A program made the translations under genes and the position numbers. Under the pieces are notes generated by a model, which had not been told where the DNA came from, did not search any database, and was given only the letters and a program-made list of their open reading frames with translations. A stretch of 7,975 nt of DNA from Candidatus Woesearchaeota archaeon (GTDB lineage Archaea; Nanobdellota; Nanobdellia; Pacearchaeales; GW2011-AR1): positions 1-7,975 of the forward strand of contig CAZQLX010000015.1 of NCBI GenBank assembly GCA_964594495.1, written 5' to 3'. Shown one piece after another: positions 1 to 4,905 of this stretch (its first letter is position 1; each line of letters starts with the position of its first letter).

Positions 1-58
1 TTGTTTGAAATTAGTGATAGATTGAGAAGGATAAAGTAGTTAAAAGATTAGGAGATAT

Positions 59-244
59 TTATCCAAACTTTTCTATCTTAAGAATAATCTCTTTCTCTGA
101 GAAAGATTGGACTTTCCATATTCTTTTTGCGCCTGAAGAGGCATTAAGGGTAATTTTATCGAATTTTATTTCTCCATTATCTGGACCTTCTATTGTATAA
201 CTGCCTTCTTCTAGCAGGTTTTTTGGTGTTTCTTTTTTTTCCAT
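59..244 (-). CDS. hypothetical small protein (61 aa)
   Basis: ORF from the supplied track. It lies on the same strand as the carbamoyltransferase and 36 nt downstream of it. A TATA-like octamer (266-273) ends 21 nt before its ATG, the spacing seen at other genes here. No family motif recognised. Confidence 0.5.
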   Translation of the reverse strand: MEKKETPKNLLEEGSYTIEGPDNGEIKFDKITLNASSGAKRIWKVQSFSEKEIILKIEKFG

Positions 245-265
245 GTTTTTTTGAGAAAAAAGAGG

Positions 266-273
266 TTTAATAA
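266..273 (-). promoter_or_regulatory. TATA-box-like element upstream of the 61-aa ORF
   Basis: The + strand reads tttaataa (minus strand ttattaaa). There are 21 nt between the element and the ATG at 242-244, and no SD-like purine run. Confidence 0.4.
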
Positions 274-280
274 TGTTTCT

Positions 281-2014
281 TTAATTTTGTGAGCGTTGCA
301 TGAGATTTCTTTCAATGATAAAATTTTCTATTATAAGATAATCAATCTTGCTCCTTTTAAAAGTATTAATTGCATCCTGTGGAGAACAAACAATGGGTTC
401 TTGAATATTAAAAGAAGTATTTAGTACAAGAGGAATACCTGTTAAGTTCTTAAATTCTTTTATGACTTTGTAATATTTGAGGTCTATATTTTTTGATACT
501 AATTGTAGTCTTGCAGTGTTATCAACATGTGTAACTGCTGGAATTAATTTAATCTTTTCTGGTTTTACTTTGTAAGTGATTAACATATAATATGCTGGCG
601 AATCGAATTTTTTAACATTAAACCATTTTTTAGCATCTTCTTCAAGTACACTCGGACAAAAAGGTCTAAAAACTTCTCTAAATTTAACTTTTCTGTTTAG
701 TTCATCTCTTATTACGGGGCTTCTTGGATCTGCTAAAATACTTCTATGGCCTAATGCTCTCGGTCCCATTTCCATTTTTCCTTGAAAACGTGCAATAATG
801 TTTCCCTTGCTTAGCAATAAAGCAGTAAGTTTTTCTATATTTTTTACTTTTTTATAAGGAATTTTATTTTTATCTAAAGTTGTTTTAATATCTTTTTCAG
901 AATATTTAGGACCTAAATAGGCATCTTTTAACGATGTTTTGTGAGGTTTATTTAGAATTTGATTCCACATATAATAAACAGCTCCAATAGCCGTGCCTGC
1001 ATCATTTGCCGCGGGTTCTATGAATATGTTTTTGAATTGAGTAGAAGGAAGTATTTTACTATTTGCGACGCAATTAAGTGCTACTCCCCCAGCCATACTT
1101 ATATTTTCATTGTGGGTTTCTTTGTATAATCTTTTTACTAAATTTATTATGACTTTTTCCGTTATTTTTTGTAATGATGCAGCAATATTTTCATGAATTG
1201 CGAGTATATGTGAGTTTTGATCTCTTTTTTTAACATTGAATAATTTCTCTAGTTCCTTAAAATTATTTGTTCGAAATTGCATAATTTTATCATTTATTTT
1301 AAACGTGCCATTTTTATTTAGTTTTACAATTTTTTTCATTTGAGGCATCATTTTTTGAGCTTCTCCATAAGAAGATAATCCCATAACTTTTGCTGCATCA
1401 TATTCAGTAAATCCTAAAAATTCCGATATTTTTTCCCATAGAAACCCAAGGGAATCAGGGTATTCTATTTGCAATAATTTATGAATTTTATTTTTCTTTC
1501 CATATCCTAACCATGTACTTGCGGATTCTGCGATTCCGTCTATAATTAATATTGCAGAATCTTTAAATGGAGATAGAAAAAATGCGCTTGCTGCATGACA
1601 AATATGATGTGGTAAAAAATGAAACCTCGTACTTATATCTTCTCCGAAAAGCTTGCTTAGTTTCTTTGGGATATTCATTATTTTTCTATAAAAAATCTTC
1701 TCTCCTTGTTTTGTTCCCCAAGAACTTTTTTGCAAATTTTTCCAGCTGTCTTTGTTTGTACCATTTGCTAATCTAGATTTTGGAAAAAAAGAGTAGCAGA
1801 AATAATCTATGTCTTTAATTTTTATATTTGCCTGATTTGTACAATAATTAATTGCGTTAAGTGGGAGCTCGTCCGGATTATTCACTTGAGCGGTTTTTGC
1901 ATGCTTTTTTCTATTAAATCTTTCTTCTTCAACGAATCCTATAATTTTTCCATCCTTTAATAGACAAGCTGATGATTCATGATATGCCGAATTAATGCCC
2001 AATATATAAGTCAT
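281..2014 (-). CDS. carbamoyltransferase, NodU/CmcH/TobZ family (577 aa)
   Basis: Full-length ORF. The N-terminus MTYILGINSAYHESSACLLKDGKIIGFVEEERFNRKKH is typical of the family. Further family motifs are HHICHAASAF (metal-binding His cluster of the Kae1/ASKHA-like domain), GGVALNCVANSKI and C-terminal NTSFNIQEPIVCSPQDA. Confidence 0.93.
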   Translation of the reverse strand: MTYILGINSAYHESSACLLKDGKIIGFVEEERFNRKKHAKTAQVNNPDELPLNAINYCTNQANIKIKDIDYFCYSFFPKSRLANGTNKDSWKNLQKSSWGTKQGEKIFYRKIMNIPKKLSKLFGEDISTRFHFLPHHICHAASAFFLSPFKDSAILIIDGIAESASTWLGYGKKNKIHKLLQIEYPDSLGFLWEKISEFLGFTEYDAAKVMGLSSYGEAQKMMPQMKKIVKLNKNGTFKINDKIMQFRTNNFKELEKLFNVKKRDQNSHILAIHENIAASLQKITEKVIINLVKRLYKETHNENISMAGGVALNCVANSKILPSTQFKNIFIEPAANDAGTAIGAVYYMWNQILNKPHKTSLKDAYLGPKYSEKDIKTTLDKNKIPYKKVKNIEKLTALLLSKGNIIARFQGKMEMGPRALGHRSILADPRSPVIRDELNRKVKFREVFRPFCPSVLEEDAKKWFNVKKFDSPAYYMLITYKVKPEKIKLIPAVTHVDNTARLQLVSKNIDLKYYKVIKEFKNLTGIPLVLNTSFNIQEPIVCSPQDAINTFKRSKIDYLIIENFIIERNLMQRSQN

Positions 2015-2042
2015 CTTTCTCTAAGTTTTTAATATTGAATCC

Positions 2043-2050
2043 TTTATATA
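2043..2050 (-). promoter_or_regulatory. TATA-box-like element upstream of the carbamoyltransferase (possibly bidirectional)
   Basis: The + strand reads tttatata (minus strand tatataaa), preceded on the minus strand by an A-run. There are 28 nt to the ATG at 2012-2014. The near-palindromic octamer also sits 21 nt upstream of position 2072 on the + strand. Confidence 0.5.
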
Positions 2051-2090
2051 CTTTTTTTGATTTACTATAAAATGAAAAGGGCATTTGTCT

Positions 2091-2156
2091 CTAAAAAGTG
2101 GACCATGTAGGGGGAAGAAAATACGAGGGAGAAAAGTAAAGGATGTCACTTTTTAG
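2091..2156. repeat. inverted repeat / stem-loop with purine-rich 41-nt loop in a divergent intergenic region
   Basis: ctaaaaagtggac (2091-2103) pairs with gtcactttttag (2145-2156), giving 12 bp with one bulged G (2101). The loop (2104-2144) is catgtagggggaagaaaatacgagggagaaaagtaaaggat. The right arm ends in a T5 run. Confidence 0.6.
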
Positions 2157-2212
2157 TTATTTGATATATAAGTTTATGGTTATTGAAACAATTATTTTTT
2201 TATAACTGATTC

Positions 2213-2220
2213 TATATAAA
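2213..2220 (+). promoter_or_regulatory. TATA-box-like element upstream of the zinc-ribbon ORF
   Basis: tatataaa lies exactly 21 nt before the ATG at 2242. Confidence 0.5.
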
Positions 2221-2241
2221 GAGAAGTTGTTTGGAATGATT

Positions 2242-2433
2242 ATGATAAAAGGAGTTACCTGCTTGATGCCCGAACAATGCAGTAAATGTGGCGAACTCTT
2301 TGATCTGAGCTATGACCTTGAGAGAGAAGGATTTGTAAATAAGGAGGCTATTGTTGTTGAAATTGTTGGCAAAATGGCTAGACGTAGGGAAGAAAGGAGA
2401 AAACATCTTTGTTGGAGATGTAGAGGAAATTAA
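2242..2433 (+). CDS. small zinc-ribbon-like protein (CxxC...CxxC), 63 aa from ATG 2242
   Basis: The track ORF 2227-2433 begins at TTG. In-frame ATGs occur at 2236 and 2242, and the TATA spacing favours 2242 (MIKGVTCLMPEQCSKCGE...). Two CxxC pairs are present (CSKC and CWRC), and the basic C-terminal segment is RRREERRKH. The antisense ORF 2212-2406 is low-complexity. Confidence 0.6.
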   Translation: MIKGVTCLMPEQCSKCGELFDLSYDLEREGFVNKEAIVVEIVGKMARRREERRKHLCWRCRGN

Positions 2434-2531
2434 ATAGAGTGCGCAGCTACAAATATTGTTTATTGTTTTTGGATGAAGAGAAATAAAGAGGAAGAAGTGT
2501 GTGAAATTTGGAAGTTACTTCTTAATGGAAA

Positions 2532-2539
2532 TATATAAA
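2532..2539 (+). promoter_or_regulatory. TATA-box-like element upstream of the 54-aa ORF
   Basis: tatataaa lies within aaatatataaaaa, 23 nt before the ATG at 2563. Confidence 0.4.
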
Positions 2540-2562
2540 AACTTTAGATATCTTGATTTGTA

Positions 2563-2727
2563 ATGAATGGTGAAACAAAATTAAGAAGTGTTATCGTAAA
2601 AAACCCATGTGCATTAGCTATTTCGGGCACGGCTGTAGTTGCTGCTCCTATCTCTGGAGGAGTAATACTTTATGTTCCTCAGGGAGCAGAATTTTATTTG
2701 GTAGAAAAAAAAGACTTAATTCTCTAA
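2563..2727 (+). CDS. hypothetical small protein (54 aa), not in the supplied ORF track
   Basis: Hand translation gives MNGETKLRSVIVKNPCALAISGTAVVAAPISGGVILYVPQGAEFYLVEKKDLIL, ending at TAA 2725-2727. This segment is visibly more G+C-rich than the flanking spacer, and a TATA-like element sits at the standard distance. No family recognised. Confidence 0.45.
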   Translation: MNGETKLRSVIVKNPCALAISGTAVVAAPISGGVILYVPQGAEFYLVEKKDLIL

Positions 2728-2747
2728 GTTAATTCTACGTAATTAAG

Positions 2748-2755
2748 TTTATTAA
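2748..2755 (+). promoter_or_regulatory. TATA-box-like element upstream of uppP
   Basis: tttattaa lies 21 nt before the ATG at 2777. An in-frame stop at 2771-2773 excludes a longer N-terminus. Confidence 0.5.
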
Positions 2756-2776
2756 TTGAATGAAATGATGTAGACT

Positions 2777-3556
2777 ATGAATGAGATTGTAGCAACGATT
2801 GTACTGGCAATTATTCAAGGGATTGCTGAATGGTTTCCGGTATCGAGTTCGAGCCATTTAGTTATATTCTCTCATATTCTAGGATTTGAAAATAGTTTAG
2901 CTTTTGATGTTGCTTTGCATTTTGGTACGCTAATGGCCGTTTTTGTTTATTTTGGAAGAGATATAGTTGATATTGTTAGAGATTTGTTAACGGGAAAATG
3001 GAAGAGTGAACATGGGAAATTGGGAATTTTGTTAATTATTGCTGCAATTCCTGCAGCATTGTTTGGATATTTTATGAGTCCGATTATGGGGGGGAGTTTT
3101 GGTAACTTAGGATTGATTGCAATGGGCTTGGCAGTCACTTCTATGTTATTGTTTATTGCTTCTACTGGATTTCAATATAAGAAAAATGGTAAATTGGGAT
3201 ATGCAGCAGCAATAACAATTGGATTGGTGCAGATGTTAGCTATATTTAGAGGGGTATCAAGAACTGGAAGTACGGTTTCTGCGGGATTGTTATATGGATT
3301 AAATGAAAAGACGGCGGTGAAGTTTTCATTTTTGCTTTCTATTCCGATTGTGTTCGGGGCGAATATTATCTCAATTGGAAATAATGCGATTCCTACGCAT
3401 TACATTTGGGCCGCTTTAATTGCATTTGTTGTTGGGCTGTTAACGATCAATTTGTCTTATAAGTATGTACTATCTAATAGAAAGAATCTGAGATGGTTTG
3501 CTTTGTATACTTTGCTTTTGGCGATTGGATTGGGTGTTTATGTAATGATTATTTAG
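2777..3556 (+). CDS. uppP: undecaprenyl-diphosphate phosphatase (UppP/BacA family), 259 aa polytopic membrane protein
   Basis: Signature motifs are AEWFPVSSSSHL (canonical E-x-L/F-P-h-S-S-x-x-H) and FRGVSRTGSTV (canonical P-G-x-S-R-S-G-x-T). The sequence is hydrophobic throughout and of typical length. Confidence 0.94.
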   Translation: MNEIVATIVLAIIQGIAEWFPVSSSSHLVIFSHILGFENSLAFDVALHFGTLMAVFVYFGRDIVDIVRDLLTGKWKSEHGKLGILLIIAAIPAALFGYFMSPIMGGSFGNLGLIAMGLAVTSMLLFIASTGFQYKKNGKLGYAAAITIGLVQMLAIFRGVSRTGSTVSAGLLYGLNEKTAVKFSFLLSIPIVFGANIISIGNNAIPTHYIWAALIAFVVGLLTINLSYKYVLSNRKNLRWFALYTLLLAIGLGVYVMII

Positions 3557-3589
3557 TTATACATACATCTTAATAAGGGACGAAAGAGT

Positions 3590-3598
3590 GGTTTTTTT
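3590..3598 (+). terminator. oligo-T tract downstream of uppP
   Basis: ggttttttt contains a T7 run at 3592-3598, about 35 nt after the uppP stop. This fits archaeal oligo-T termination. No strong preceding hairpin was seen. Confidence 0.3.
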
Positions 3599-3648
3599 AT
3601 GAAGACAGAATGTAAAGTATGGTGTGACACTTGCTCCTTCAAAACCAA

Positions 3649-3746
3649 ATAGAAACAGAGTATCTATCCTTAGTTCTAGAGTTAATGTTGGAATTGGCAA
3701 ACCTGTTGTGAAAGGCTAGTTATTTACTTGTAGACTCTGTTTCTAT
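3649..3746. repeat. perfect 13-bp inverted repeat spanning the stop codon of the Cys-repeat gene
   Basis: atagaaacagagt (3649-3661) is the exact reverse complement of actctgtttctat (3734-3746), with a 72-nt spacer. On the minus-strand transcript the distal arm is followed by uuugguuuug. Confidence 0.6.
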
Positions 3747-4865
3747 GTTTTCGCATATGGAACTATCTTTTTTATAAAATGCTAGAGAATAGTAACAGTC
3801 ATCTTTAGCAATTGTATCTATAATTGATGCACACATTGATATAGTTACATTTCTATTCAGAATTAGATCAATTGTTGATTCATGATAACATTTTCTTTTT
3901 TTGCTTATGTCATCGTTATTTTCACATACTAGGGGATTTTCAGTTAGAAATGCAGTCTGTGTAAAGCAATTTTCTTTTAAGTAATCACTTATAATCTCTT
4001 TACATACAGCAGGGTTTTTTGATTCCGATATTACATTTTCGTAACAAGATTCGGTAGGACCTAAGAATCGCGTTTCCCCTGCATTTTCCGGAATATACTC
4101 TTTTTGTGCAACGATGTGACCATCTGAAAGCTTATTACATTCGGTAATACTTTTGGCAGATACAGCAACCCTTTCATAGCATTGCTCTTTTGTTGCTTGT
4201 TCCAAGATATTATTGCAAATAGAACTGTCTTTTTTAGCGCCCGCAATTAAAATATAACATTGAGAAAGGTACGATGTTGAATATTCTCCGCTAATTGATT
4301 TACATATAGTTTCGTCATTAATTGTTGTTGCAATTTTTGTATAACAGAAGTTTTTACGGTTATTTCCGAGTACTTTTTCACATAGCAAAGGATCATTTCG
4401 TTTTTCTGCTATTTTACTATAGCACTCGTCATAATTTGAGAACTCGCCTTTACCTATATCAGTAATTGCTCTGTTTTGAATTTTTTCACATAGCTCAGCA
4501 TTGTTTGTATTAAGAGCTACTTGAGTATAGCACGCATCTTTATGAGTCTCTTTTAATTTCTCGCATCCTGATGCATCTTTGTTCGCGATAGAGAATTCTG
4601 CATAGCAAGTTTCTTCTGCATTCAGCCATCTTTTTCCTATCTCTTCACATTTTGATAGATCTTGTTTTTGAATTGCAACTTGTATGTAACATGATGCTTT
4701 TAATTCTTCATTATTAAGATTTTCACACTCTGTTATTATTGATGAATTTTGTTTGTCTGAATTAAGAAAAAGAATCAAAAGGACAAGAATCACTAGTAAA
4801 ATAACACCTAAAATAATCCAGATGTATTTTTTAATCCCATTTTTTGAGGTTTCAGAATCATCCAT
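3720..4865 (-). CDS. membrane-anchored cysteine-rich tandem-repeat protein (381 aa), uncharacterised
   Basis: Long ORF. An N-terminal Lys-flanked TM helix (IWIILGVILLVILVLLILFL) predicts an N-in/C-out topology. It is followed by 11 units of C-[YF]-x3-[AIV]-x(8-9)-C-[EKN]-x-[IL]. A TATA-like element lies 22 nt upstream of the ATG. Confidence 0.85.
   Translation of the reverse strand: MDDSETSKNGIKKYIWIILGVILLVILVLLILFLNSDKQNSSIITECENLNNEELKASCYIQVAIQKQDLSKCEEIGKRWLNAEETCYAEFSIANKDASGCEKLKETHKDACYTQVALNTNNAELCEKIQNRAITDIGKGEFSNYDECYSKIAEKRNDPLLCEKVLGNNRKNFCYTKIATTINDETICKSISGEYSTSYLSQCYILIAGAKKDSSICNNILEQATKEQCYERVAVSAKSITECNKLSDGHIVAQKEYIPENAGETRFLGPTESCYENVISESKNPAVCKEIISDYLKENCFTQTAFLTENPLVCENNDDISKKRKCYHESTIDLILNRNVTISMCASIIDTIAKDDCYYSLAFYKKDSSICENIETESTSK
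3753..4727 (-). repeat. protein-level tandem repeat array (11 units, C-x13-C spacing)
   Basis: There are 23 Cys, at aa 47, 59, 73, 87, 101, 112, 126, 148, 162, 174, 188, 203, 217, 229, 243, 274, 288, 300, 314, 326, 345, 357 and 371. Ten of the 11 units have exactly 13 residues between their two Cys; one has 18. The repeats are diverged at the DNA level. Confidence 0.8.
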
Positions 4866-4887
4866 ACCACTGAAGAAGAGAACATAT

Positions 4888-4895
4888 TATATAAA
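4888..4895 (-). promoter_or_regulatory. TATA-box-like element upstream of the Cys-repeat gene
   Basis: The minus strand reads tttatata, 22 nt before the ATG at 4863-4865. It sits in the 40-nt spacer after the alaS stop. Confidence 0.5.
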
Positions 4896-4905
4896 TGTTA
4901 ATGAA

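Noticed and set aside
1-39. Possible 3' end of a + strand gene entering from the left edge (LFEISDRLRRIK, then stop)
   Set aside because: Only 12 codons are visible, which is too short to support any call.
1567-1776. 69-aa + strand ORF
   Set aside because: It lies entirely antisense within the well-supported carbamoyltransferase CDS, its sequence is low-complexity and it has no promoter-like element. It is a shadow ORF.
2227-2241. TTG start (2227) or ATG 2236 for the zinc-ribbon ORF
   Set aside because: ATG 2242 sits exactly 21 nt after the TATA-like octamer, as at the other genes. The earlier starts would fall inside or before the predicted transcription start. This is not excluded experimentally.
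2212-2406. 64-aa minus-strand ORF overlapping the zinc-ribbon ORF
   Set aside because: The sequence is low-complexity (Phe/Asn/Ser-rich) with no motif. The + strand frame has paired CxxC motifs and correct TATA spacing, so I preferred it.
2473-2538. 21-codon ORF (MKRNKEEEVCEIWKLLLNGNI) in the spacer
   Set aside because: It is very short, has no TATA-like element at the standard distance, and ends inside the promoter element of the next ORF. It is probably chance.
2947-3138. 63-aa minus-strand ORF
   Set aside because: It is antisense inside uppP. It is a shadow ORF.
3649-3746. MITE or other miniature mobile element defined by the 13-bp inverted repeats
   Set aside because: No target-site duplication flanks the arms (ccaa / gttt), there is no second copy in the window, and one arm is ordinary coding sequence. 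This cannot be fully excluded without the whole genome.
4061-4246. 61-aa minus-strand ORF in an alternative frame
   Set aside because: It is an out-of-frame overlap within the Cys-repeat CDS. The repeat periodicity clearly supports the long frame.
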